A stretch of 64,000 bases of DNA from the NCBI GenBank assembly GCA_000493945.1, contig AWNW01000008.1:466-64465 (forward strand), read 5' to 3'. Origin of the DNA: Candidatus Hydrogenedens terephthalaticus JGI OTU-1. Its GTDB lineage: Bacteria; Hydrogenedentota; Hydrogenedentia; Hydrogenedentales; Hydrogenedentaceae. Shown one piece after another: positions 8,890 to 17,578 of the stretch. The number at the start of each line of letters is the position of its first letter. Positions within the stretch are counted from its first letter, which is position 1. A program made the position numbers and the translations under genes. The notes beneath the pieces were generated by a model. The model was not told the DNA's origin and ran no database searches. It was given only the letters and a program-made list of their open reading frames with translations.

Positions 8890-9660
8890 ATGATTCGTTT
8901 GTCTGCTTTATTTTCGTATGAGGCAATTCCCCTAATCCGTGCTGTGAAAAGGATTTCTTCTATTCAATTTGAATGGTTGACGCCAACTGCTTTATGGGAT
9001 AGTTTTATTCAGGGGAAAGTAGATGGAATTTTATGTCCTCCGTTGATGGCGGTTCATTTTCCTGAAAGTCTGATTGTTCCCGGAGTAGGAATTGCTACAT
9101 CCGGAGGAGTTCCTGCACCTGTTCTATATTCTCGGAAACCAATTCATGAAATAAAAACTATTTTTGTTGGAGAGCAATATAAACACTGGGAAGATTGGTT
9201 AAAGGTCGTGTGGCATCTTTTAAATAAAAATTCTATTGAGAAATCGTTGAGTATTACCAGAGATGAAAATGGGGATGTAGAAGCATGTCTTGTTGATGGT
9301 ATTAAAGAAAGGAGAGAACAAGAGGGTATATATCTCTACAATATAGGAGAATTGTGGAAACAGGTTAGTATTTATCCGCTGGTATGTTGGGTATGGTTGT
9401 GTCGTGGGGATGCTGATTACAGGCAGATTAGGAATGTTCTCGGGCATGTATGGGACAACGCCAAAGAAAATTTAACAGAGTTAAAACGAGGTGCATTGAA
9501 AACTGAGGAAATACCTGAAGAATTTGTAACCCCGATGGAAGGTATTGAAGACATATACTACAATCTTGCATCATTGGAGTTTGAAGGGATCCATTGGCTT
9601 GTTGAACAGGCATGCAATTGCGGAGTTATTCCTAAAGGTGCAGAGATACATATTTGTTAA
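8890..9660 (+). CDS. MqnA/MqnD-like (chorismate dehydratase fold) protein, divergent
   Basis: P..L...L..GKVD, GVGIA, LYS, VEACLVDG, YNIGELWK...YPLVCWVW pattern of the VitK2_biosynth family; key motifs look altered. Confidence 0.6.
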   Translation: MIRLSALFSYEAIPLIRAVKRISSIQFEWLTPTALWDSFIQGKVDGILCPPLMAVHFPESLIVPGVGIATSGGVPAPVLYSRKPIHEIKTIFVGEQYKHWEDWLKVVWHLLNKNSIEKSLSITRDENGDVEACLVDGIKERREQEGIYLYNIGELWKQVSIYPLVCWVWLCRGDADYRQIRNVLGHVWDNAKENLTELKRGALKTEEIPEEFVTPMEGIEDIYYNLASLEFEGIHWLVEQACNCGVIPKGAEIHIC

Positions 9661-10167
9661 TCATATATCTGCTTGATCCAATTTTTCATTTAAATATCGA
9701 GCCATTACTACCGCATTTTCTCGTGTTCTTGCATAATAACCTATGCGTATGCCTATTGTATCAAAGCCCATTTTTTCGTATAGAGAACGGGCGGGATAAT
9801 TCATTTCACGCACTTCTAATATTATTCGTTCTGCCCCTTCTTTTCTAACTTGTTCAAAGAGATAATTCATAAAGAATGTCCCTAATCCTTTTCTCCTATG
9901 TGCAGGGGCGACGGTAAATTTTGTTATGTGTGCTTCTTCTCCACCTAACCAATAGCCCGCATATCCTATGAGGGAATCTTCAATAAAAAAAACAAAAAAT
10001 TTACCTGCTCTATTATTAATTTCAGGTAGGAATAATTCCCTCGACCATGCATCGGGATAGGACTCTACTTCCATCGCATGGACGCTGTCTACATGGTCTT
10101 CCTCCAGTAAAAAGACTTTAATTTCAACATTTTGTGGACTAATTATTATGTCGTAGGGTTCGGACAT
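9661..10167 (-). CDS. rimI: ribosomal protein S18-alanine N-acetyltransferase
   Basis: YPDAWS, AHITKFTVAPAHRRKGLG, ILEVRE.N..ARSLYEKMGF, GYY...RENAVVM; immediately downstream of tsaB. Confidence 0.93.
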   Translation of the reverse strand: MSEPYDIIISPQNVEIKVFLLEEDHVDSVHAMEVESYPDAWSRELFLPEINNRAGKFFVFFIEDSLIGYAGYWLGGEEAHITKFTVAPAHRRKGLGTFFMNYLFEQVRKEGAERIILEVREMNYPARSLYEKMGFDTIGIRIGYYARTRENAVVMARYLNEKLDQADI

Positions 10168-10860
10168 TTTTTTCTTTTTTCTTCGGGTTGAGATAGACGC
10201 AAATAAATAGGAAGAATCTCATCAACTTCCTTTTTATAGCCTTTTTGCCACAAAGATAGTGCTTCTATTCCTACTGCCGAAGCCCGAGGATGACTCCACC
10301 AGGGTTCACCAAATTTTGCGTGAGGAAAGTTTTCTGCAAGGTTTTGCTGATATAACAAAGCACCTTCCCCTAAGAAAATAATAGATTCTGTATTCTTATA
10401 TTCTTTTAATAATTTAATAAAGTCCTGAACACTCCCTAAAAAAATTTTCACAAATTGTTTTGCGCTGGTTTTCTTCAAAAGAGTAAATTCCAGCAAAAAT
10501 TTCTTTCATTCGGGCATCAAGAATAGGACATACAATGGTGTTATCAAAGGGTGCTAATCGAGTCATTGCATCTAAGGAAGATACACCGACAAGAGGTAAT
10601 CCCTTTGCAAGAGCAATTCCTTTCCATGTAGATAACCCAACTCGCAAACCTGTAAATGAGCCGGGACCTACCGAAATTGCTAATAAATGGATGTCTTCGA
10701 TAGATAATTGAACCTCAGTAAGTAAAGTATCTATTAATGGAACGAGTCGTTCTGAATGTCGTTTTCCTGCGTTAATAGATATTTCACCCAATAACTTATT
10801 GTCAGATAATATAGCAACGGTATTAACATCTGTGCTTGTATCTGCAGACAACACTATCAT
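10146..10860 (-). pseudogene. tsaB: tRNA t6A biosynthesis protein TsaB, split by a single-base frameshift (possibly a sequencing error)
   Basis: N-half has ADTST, HSERL, GPGSFTGLRVG, DARMKE; C-half has LGEGA, PRASAV, LPIYLR. Removing one A from the A7 run at 10438-10444 joins them into a 237-aa ORF. Confidence 0.9.
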
Positions 10861-10920
10861 AGTAGTAAATAAGTTTAGATTTATTTAATGGGTTTTTATT
10901 AGAGATTTAGTAATAAAGAA

Positions 10921-11274
10921 TTATTGTGATTCTGATTCTGAAGAAGTTGTTATTATGTTGCTGGATAAGTCAGCCAGAAGTTTTTTTAGTTCTTTGCCCG
11001 CTTTGAATGTAACCACATATCTGTGAGGAACATCTACAACAACACCCGTTTTAGGATTTCTTCCTTTGCGAGGCGCTCTCTTTTTTACCTCAAATACGCC
11101 AAAATTGCGTATTTCCCAGCGTTTCCCTTCTCCTAATTTTCGGGTAATAATTTCCAGTGCTTTTTCAATCGTTTTAGCAACATCGCTTTGTGTGAACCCT
11201 AAATCCTCAGATATTTGATTCACGAGGTCTCTCTTCGTTAGTGTGTTTGCCTGGACTTCTTTTTCTGGTTCCAT
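10921..11274 (-). CDS. HU/IHF family nucleoid-associated DNA-binding protein
   Basis: LTKRDLV, EIRNFGVFEVKKRAPRKGRNPKTG, VTFKAGKEL; AAGGAG 8 nt before ATG 11274. Confidence 0.93.
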   Translation of the reverse strand: MEPEKEVQANTLTKRDLVNQISEDLGFTQSDVAKTIEKALEIITRKLGEGKRWEIRNFGVFEVKKRAPRKGRNPKTGVVVDVPHRYVVTFKAGKELKKLLADLSSNIITTSSESESQ

Positions 11275-11413
11275 AGTCTGAACTCCTTTATTCAAGGTTG
11301 TTTTTTTCTAAATCCTTTTGTAAAATGTATTTAATCATTAATCATAGCCTTTATGCAAGTTTTATTGCGACAAAAAAAATATTTTTAATGAAAATTTTTT
11401 TGGAGATTTTATT

Positions 11414-12133
11414 ATGGGAAAGAAAAAACTTTTTTTATTATTGTTTCTTGTACTGATTTTGGGAATTTATATAGGTGTAAATTTCTTTAATTGGACAGAC
11501 AAAATTCTAAAAAAACCTGTCCCGATTGGAGAGATAACAAAAGTGCCTGATGAAGAGGGTTGGATTGATTTACTTTCTGCAGAAAACAGAGGGTATTGGA
11601 AAAATATTACAGATGATATGAATATTTTTGAAATTCAAGATGATGGTGTTTTGCATATATTTGGTAAGACATGGTATCCCCTAAGATATGTAGGTTTTTC
11701 TCAAAGAACTTTTTCTGATTTTCAATTACATCTGGAATTTAAACTTACAAAAAGAGCCAATAGTGGAGTTTTTTTGCGTTCACAAATCAATGACCCTGTG
11801 TATCGTGGGTTTGAGATCCAGGTTCTTGAAGATTATGGGAAAGCACCGAATAAAAACAGTTGTGGGGCTATTTATGATATTACTACACCTATGTATAATA
11901 TGTCTTTTCCTGTGGGGCAGTGGAATTCTTATGATATTACCCTTCAAGGGTCTGAAGTAAAGGTTGTAATGAATGGCTGGCTGATTATTCATACTTTTTT
12001 GGATAAGATGACCACGCCATTAGGAAAATTCCCAGTGGCATACGCAACACTTCCGAAGGAGGGATATTTGTTATTACAAGACCATGGTGGAGAGGTCTGG
12101 TATCGAAATATCCGTATTAAACCATTGAATTAA
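11414..12133 (+). CDS. DUF1080 (3-keto-disaccharide hydrolase) family protein, N-terminally anchored
   Basis: GWIDL, FSDFQLHLEFK, NSGVFLR, EIQVLED, CGAIYD, WNSYDI, LQDHGGEVWYRNIRIK. Confidence 0.88.
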   Translation: MGKKKLFLLLFLVLILGIYIGVNFFNWTDKILKKPVPIGEITKVPDEEGWIDLLSAENRGYWKNITDDMNIFEIQDDGVLHIFGKTWYPLRYVGFSQRTFSDFQLHLEFKLTKRANSGVFLRSQINDPVYRGFEIQVLEDYGKAPNKNSCGAIYDITTPMYNMSFPVGQWNSYDITLQGSEVKVVMNGWLIIHTFLDKMTTPLGKFPVAYATLPKEGYLLLQDHGGEVWYRNIRIKPLN

Positions 12134-12211
12134 ATTTGCTTAAAGGTTTGGAAATATAAAAGTTTAATGATAGGGTCTAGTTATAAAAAAATACAAATGA
12201 ACAATCTGATA

Positions 12212-12466
12212 ATCGTTCTGTAGTTACGATGAGATAAGATGCGTTGTTTACTTAATGTTATTAACTATCCTACTGTGATATTGAGAACAGCGAGTGAAAT
12301 TCCTATTATGTGGGATGAAATTGCGGTCTATGGAGGTGCTTCAACCTTTAACCATGTGCCGGGTGGCGGAAATTGTTTGTATATGGACGGACATGTAGAA
12401 TTCCTTCGTTGGCCAAGTAAATATCCTGCGGATATATTAGGAATGTTGGTTTCATTTCTTTTCTAA
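12212..12466 (+). pseudogene. C-terminal remnant of a DUF1559 / H-X9-DG prepilin-type protein
   Basis: FNHVPGGGNCLYMDGHVEF (H-x9-DG motif); no N-terminal pilin cleavage region; in-frame stops TAG 12221 and TGA 12230 just upstream of ATG 12239. Confidence 0.7.
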
Positions 12467-12555
12467 TAATGTATTAATTTATAATTGGATTGTTTCATTT
12501 ACATATAAAGGTGGATTTTTGTTTCAATAAATATATTGCAACGAAGGAGTTATAT

Positions 12556-14202
12556 ATGCTGGATTTTTTAAAGGAAAAAGATGTTCGTTCTCGTTTTACC
12601 TTATTTCCTGTTCGTGTAGTATGGAAGAGCGGGTCATTACAGAATATTGATTTGGAGGGATTGCTTTCCAATCCGCAGAAAACTGTATCTATTAAGTATG
12701 ATGGCGATGAACCTCCTGCTTTTGTTTTGGATTTTGGCAGAGAAATTCATGGGGGAATTCAATTAGGTCAGGGGATGGTCCGAGATAAAACTCCGTTGCC
12801 TTTGAAAATTACTTTTGGTGAATCCGTAGTTGAAGCAATGGGAGAGCCAGACCAGGACCATGCTATTCATGATAGTACTGTTTTACTTCCCTGGTATGGA
12901 TATAATGAAGTAGGAACGACGGGTTTCCGTTTTGTGCGGATAGAGATGATTAAACCAAAAACAGAATGGCTTTGCACAGGTATCAAAGCAATGGTGTTAA
13001 TTCAGGATTTGGAATACTTAGGTAGTTTTAATTCGAGTGATGAGTTGCTAAACAAGATATGGAAAACAGGTGCTTATACAGTCCATTTATGTTTGCAGGA
13101 TTATTTATGGGATGGGATAAAAAGAGACCGTCTTGTGTGGATTGGTGATATGCATGTGGAAACAGTAGTATTAAGTCATCTTTTTGGATATAACGCTACT
13201 ATTGAGAAAAGTTTAGATTTTGTCCGCGATAATACACCGCTACCCGGTTGGATGAATGGTATTAGTTCCTATTCGCTATGGTGGGTGATTATTCAGGAAT
13301 ACTGGTATTTTATGTTTTCAAGGAAAGAATATCTGGAACAGCAGAGAGGCTACTTAAAAGGTCTTGTTCAACAAATGTTAAAGTGTGTTGATGAAAATGG
13401 CAAGGAAATTTTACCAGAAGCGAGATTTTTGGATTGGAGTACCGCGGAAAATAAAGATGCCATTCATTCTGGATTGCAATCTTTACTATATTGGGCATTT
13501 GTCTGTGCAGAGAATTTATTGCAAGAACTGGACGAAACTGATTTGCTTACACAATGTTCAAAAATAAGAGAACGAATGAGAAAATATCATGCCCCTGAAC
13601 ATCTGGTAAAGCAATCTCGTGCTTTGGGTGTTATCGCAGGATTGGAAAATCCTGTTCGTGTGAATGAAGAATGTTTTAAGAGGGACCCATTATCAGGATT
13701 ATCTACTTTCTATGGTTTTTATGTATTGCAGGCAAAGGCAATGGCAGGGGATTTCACCGGCGGATTAGACTTAATTCGTAATTATTGGGGACCGATGCTA
13801 AAGATGGGTGCAACAACTTTCTGGGAACATTTTGATGTCCGCTGGTTAGAAGGAGATGTTGTGCCTATACATGAAGTTGTCCCTCAGGGTAAAAAAAGTA
13901 TTCATAAAGATTTTGGCGAGCATTGCTATGTGGGATTAAGACACAGCCTTTGTCATGGATGGGCTTCTGGACCAACAGCATGGTTAATGCAATATATTCT
14001 CGGAATTCAACCCGTGGCTCCATCATGTAAAAAAATACGGATAGTGCCTTATTTAGGAGATTCATTGGATTTTGCAGAGGGAACCATGCCTACACCCTTT
14101 GGACTTGTTTCGATTCGTCATGAAAAAGATAAAGAAGGGAAGATAAAAACACAATTTAAGGCACCGAAGGAAGTAGAAATAGTCTTAGCAGGCAATAAAT
14201 AA
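12556..14202 (+). CDS. alpha-L-rhamnosidase-like glycoside hydrolase (GH78)
   Basis: LDFGREIHG, GFRFV, DGIKRDRLVWIGD, GATTFWE, SLCHGWASGP; AAGGAG before ATG 12556. Confidence 0.9.
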   Translation: MLDFLKEKDVRSRFTLFPVRVVWKSGSLQNIDLEGLLSNPQKTVSIKYDGDEPPAFVLDFGREIHGGIQLGQGMVRDKTPLPLKITFGESVVEAMGEPDQDHAIHDSTVLLPWYGYNEVGTTGFRFVRIEMIKPKTEWLCTGIKAMVLIQDLEYLGSFNSSDELLNKIWKTGAYTVHLCLQDYLWDGIKRDRLVWIGDMHVETVVLSHLFGYNATIEKSLDFVRDNTPLPGWMNGISSYSLWWVIIQEYWYFMFSRKEYLEQQRGYLKGLVQQMLKCVDENGKEILPEARFLDWSTAENKDAIHSGLQSLLYWAFVCAENLLQELDETDLLTQCSKIRERMRKYHAPEHLVKQSRALGVIAGLENPVRVNEECFKRDPLSGLSTFYGFYVLQAKAMAGDFTGGLDLIRNYWGPMLKMGATTFWEHFDVRWLEGDVVPIHEVVPQGKKSIHKDFGEHCYVGLRHSLCHGWASGPTAWLMQYILGIQPVAPSCKKIRIVPYLGDSLDFAEGTMPTPFGLVSIRHEKDKEGKIKTQFKAPKEVEIVLAGNK

Positions 14203-14225
14203 AAGAAGAGGATAAAAAGACTATT

Positions 14226-15035
14226 ATGATACAGGATATTATCAATGCCTCATTTCTTGCAATTATTGAAGGAATAACCGAATTTTTGCCCATAAGTAGT
14301 ACAGGACATTTAATACTTGCAGAGAACTGGTTCCCTTTGCAAGGAGATAAAACTTTTCAAGATACCTTTCTTGTCGTCATTCAATTTCCTGCTATATTAG
14401 CAGTATTGCTCTATTTTTATAAAACATTGCTGCCTCCACTAAATGACCCAGATGAGATGAAAACTTGGTTTTTTCTCTGGGTTAAAATAGGGATTGCATT
14501 TATACCTGCGGGAATTTTAGGATTTTTATTGGATGATATTATTGATTATTACCTTTTCAATACCACAACAGTGCTTATATCTCTTATTGTAGGGGGAATT
14601 GTTTTAATAGGGATTGAAAGATTACAAATCGGACGCAATGGTTATACTCAAGTAACAGAGTTAACAGTTATATTTTGTCTCGCAGTAGGTTTATTCCAGT
14701 GTATTGCAATGATCCCCGGTGTATCAAGGTCTGCTGCAACGATTATAGGAGCCATGATAATAGGTGCTACGCGAAGTGTTGCGGTCGAATTTTCTTTTTA
14801 TCTGGCTATTCCAACTTTATTAGGTGCTGGTGTATTAAAATTATTAAAGCATGGATTACATTTTAGTTTTAATGAATGGATTTTATTGATATGTGGTTCG
14901 GTAATTTCTTTTGTTGTGGCTTATCTTGTTATTGCTTTTTTCTTGAAATATATAAAAACACATGATTTCAGGATTTTTGGTATCTATCGGATTTGTTTGG
15001 GTATTGTAATTTTTATAATGTTTTATTTGATATAG
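14226..15035 (+). CDS. uppP: undecaprenyl-diphosphate phosphatase
   Basis: IIEGITEFLPISSTGHL, IQFPAILAV, PGVSRSAATI, EFSFYLAIP. Confidence 0.96.
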   Translation: MIQDIINASFLAIIEGITEFLPISSTGHLILAENWFPLQGDKTFQDTFLVVIQFPAILAVLLYFYKTLLPPLNDPDEMKTWFFLWVKIGIAFIPAGILGFLLDDIIDYYLFNTTTVLISLIVGGIVLIGIERLQIGRNGYTQVTELTVIFCLAVGLFQCIAMIPGVSRSAATIIGAMIIGATRSVAVEFSFYLAIPTLLGAGVLKLLKHGLHFSFNEWILLICGSVISFVVAYLVIAFFLKYIKTHDFRIFGIYRICLGIVIFIMFYLI

Positions 15036-15071
15036 GAAACCCCTTCCTCTGGTAAAGAGGAAGAGGTTTCC
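15035..15071. terminator. hairpin between convergent genes (likely bidirectional terminator)
   Basis: GGAAACCCCTTCCTCT-GGTAA-AGAGGAAGAGGTTTCC, 16-bp arms with one mismatch. Confidence 0.7.
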
Positions 15072-15093
15072 ATGAGATTAAAGAGAGATGTGC

Positions 15094-16977
15094 TTATTGG
15101 AGAGAGCTGTATAGTCTTTGGACTGTTGATTTAGGCTCGGAAGAAAGTTGTTTTTCTGCAAGTTTAACAACAACTTGTTCAAAGTCTGCAGGTCTTGCAG
15201 AAGTAATTTCCTGTTCAATTTGAGCTATAACATTCGGGGGAAGTCCTTCCTGAAATCCCCAGACGGGTGTAACCGCTTCAGGTTTTATATTCTGAAATAC
15301 ACCAATATTTTTCCCGTCAAGTGTTCTGTAATAAACACCCCAGGAACCTTTCATAAGACATTCTGCCCATTTATTTACAGGAGTTCCTAAGGAGTCCTTT
15401 ACATTGATTTTCGCATAGAAATACTCTTGTCGTTTTCCAATTTCAATTTCATCTAAATAAAGTCTTGTAAATTCTTTTTGAAGTTCGGGTGTTACCCAAT
15501 TTGAAGATTCGGCTCTTTGCCGTAAAGATTCTGCGCGTGCTAATCGTTCATGAACAGAATACTTTTCAGGTGTTAAGGGTAAAGATTCTTTAATTTGGAT
15601 AATGAGTTTATCAATATCAAGTAAGAAGGACTCTTTTATGGCAAGACTTCTTGCATTGGCTTCTTCCAGTTGTCCTACCTGATTGGTAAGTCTTTCTATT
15701 TCTGCTAAGAGTCCTGTTTGGCGGGCTTTAATAATTTCTGTCTCATTAACCAGATTATCGTATGCTTCTTGAGCAGAAACATATTGTTCGTTTTTCGCTG
15801 CAATATCTGCTTCAACTGCTTGTAATGCAGACTGCCGTTCGGTTATTTTTGCGTTTACGCCATCCAGTTCTTGCTGTGCTGATTTAACTCTATTTGTAAT
15901 TTCATTTAATTCAGATTGCAATCGTTGTATTTCCGCAGGGTCTAATTTTGTTCCGGGAGCGCTATCTTGTATTTGAGTATATCTTTTTATAATTTCATCT
16001 CTTTGGTTCAATTGATTTTGCAAAGAGGCAATTTCCTGTTTTGCTGGGTTCGGAATAGGCAGGAAATTAGATAGGAATGGTCCAGCAATAATACCGATAA
16101 TCAATGCAATGATTGCTGCGATGGGTGCCATCGGAATCTTAAATTTCTTTTTCTTGGTCGGTGTAGCAGGTTCACCTGTATCTGTAGGAGGTTGCGTAGA
16201 AGTTGTAGGAGCAATTGGGGGTGTTACAGCAACACCTGATCCTGCTGTGAATTCCGGAATAGGTGTTTCCAATCCGGGACCAATAGGTGCTCCAAAAATA
16301 TCCGTTCCTAATCCTGCACCACCCGCAGGAGCAGATACTCCACCTCCTTGAACTCCACCAAATCCCATAGCAGGTGAGCCAAAATCGGGGGACGGCGTTT
16401 GAGCACTTCCGAAAATAGGCGTCTCTATAATTTGTGTAGGTGCCGTTGCTACAGTATCGGAAGGAGGTGCCGATTTCAGGTCGAATACGCCTCCCTTGCT
16501 GCCACCGCCAAAAGCACTATCGCCTAATGGAGTTTCTAAACCTGATTCAAGGCTAATAGGACCCGGTCCTATTTCAGGGGTTTCAGGAGAGAAATCACTA
16601 TCTGCAGCAAGGTCCTGGAAAGACGGTTTTTTTGTGCCGGGTTGTGAAGGCGTCGGAATAGAACCTAATGCCGAGCCACCTAATTTATCAAATTCTGTTG
16701 GAGTTATTTTGATATTACCACCTGTCGGTTCCGGCACCACAATATCTATATCGCTGATAGGAGGTAATCCTCCTTCAAAATCATCACTTCCTTTTGCTTT
16801 TTTGAAAGCATCGGAATCGAAGGAGGATAGCGGTGGAAGTTGACTACTTAGGTCAGAAACTTCACCTGTATCAAAATCACTCAAAGGAGGAAGATTTCCT
16901 AATCCGGAATCCGCACTGGGAATTTCTTCCTTTTTCTTTTTTTCTTCTTCGGGAGAAAAGTTTTCAAATTCAGACAT
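15094..16977 (-). CDS. hypothetical single-pass membrane protein: disordered N-terminus, TM helix, long coiled coil, globular C-terminus
   Basis: 627 aa; about 280 aa rich in P/G/S/D/T; KKKK followed by hydrophobic APIAAIIALIIGIIAG; heptad-rich stretch of about 150 aa. Confidence 0.85.
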   Translation of the reverse strand: MSEFENFSPEEEKKKKEEIPSADSGLGNLPPLSDFDTGEVSDLSSQLPPLSSFDSDAFKKAKGSDDFEGGLPPISDIDIVVPEPTGGNIKITPTEFDKLGGSALGSIPTPSQPGTKKPSFQDLAADSDFSPETPEIGPGPISLESGLETPLGDSAFGGGSKGGVFDLKSAPPSDTVATAPTQIIETPIFGSAQTPSPDFGSPAMGFGGVQGGGVSAPAGGAGLGTDIFGAPIGPGLETPIPEFTAGSGVAVTPPIAPTTSTQPPTDTGEPATPTKKKKFKIPMAPIAAIIALIIGIIAGPFLSNFLPIPNPAKQEIASLQNQLNQRDEIIKRYTQIQDSAPGTKLDPAEIQRLQSELNEITNRVKSAQQELDGVNAKITERQSALQAVEADIAAKNEQYVSAQEAYDNLVNETEIIKARQTGLLAEIERLTNQVGQLEEANARSLAIKESFLLDIDKLIIQIKESLPLTPEKYSVHERLARAESLRQRAESSNWVTPELQKEFTRLYLDEIEIGKRQEYFYAKINVKDSLGTPVNKWAECLMKGSWGVYYRTLDGKNIGVFQNIKPEAVTPVWGFQEGLPPNVIAQIEQEITSARPADFEQVVVKLAEKQLSSEPKSTVQRLYSSLQ

Positions 16978-17137
16978 GTTTCATCTCCATAATTATAATT
17001 CGTTTGTAATCTTCAATTTTAGTTTATTTTTAATTCTATCATTTTTTATATCTTTTGTCAAGAAAATTGTCAACAATTTATAATATATTATTATGTTATT
17101 TTAACAAAAATTGCAATTTGCAAACGAATAATCAAGT

Positions 17138-17560
17138 TTAGGGTTTTACTACCCCGATAGTCAATAATATATTAGCATAAAGACGCTGGTCACCTGTAAC
17201 AATTTGTAAACAGGTATCGGAAGAGGATGCACAATCGTAAAAGTCAAATCGTTCTAACTTAATCAATGATAAATGAGGCAGAGATTGACGAAATTCTTTA
17301 TAAATTTCCGGTTCTTCCCCTGTGTTAGGCATCATTACATACGCTTCTTCAATTTCTACTGCAGTAAGCAGTGTATCAAGAACCTCAGTTACTTTTACGA
17401 TTCCCGGAGCCAGATTTAGATAAACAGTCTCAGCAGATACCCCTTCTTTTGTGCTGGCGGGGTAATTCCCATCGGTAATTAAAATTTTTGAGCCATGACC
17501 GGCACCTGCAATAGCATAAAGAATTTCAGGATGTAAAAGTCTGTGTTTAAGCATATCCAT
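17138..17560 (-). CDS. RbsD/FucU family sugar pyranase/mutarotase
   Basis: MLK..LLHPEIL..IAGAGHG..ILITDGNYP, RFDFY, TGDQRLYANILL..GV. Confidence 0.9.
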   Translation of the reverse strand: MDMLKHRLLHPEILYAIAGAGHGSKILITDGNYPASTKEGVSAETVYLNLAPGIVKVTEVLDTLLTAVEIEEAYVMMPNTGEEPEIYKEFRQSLPHLSLIKLERFDFYDCASSSDTCLQIVTGDQRLYANILLTIGVVKP

Positions 17561-17578
17561 TCCCTTTATTTTATGTTT

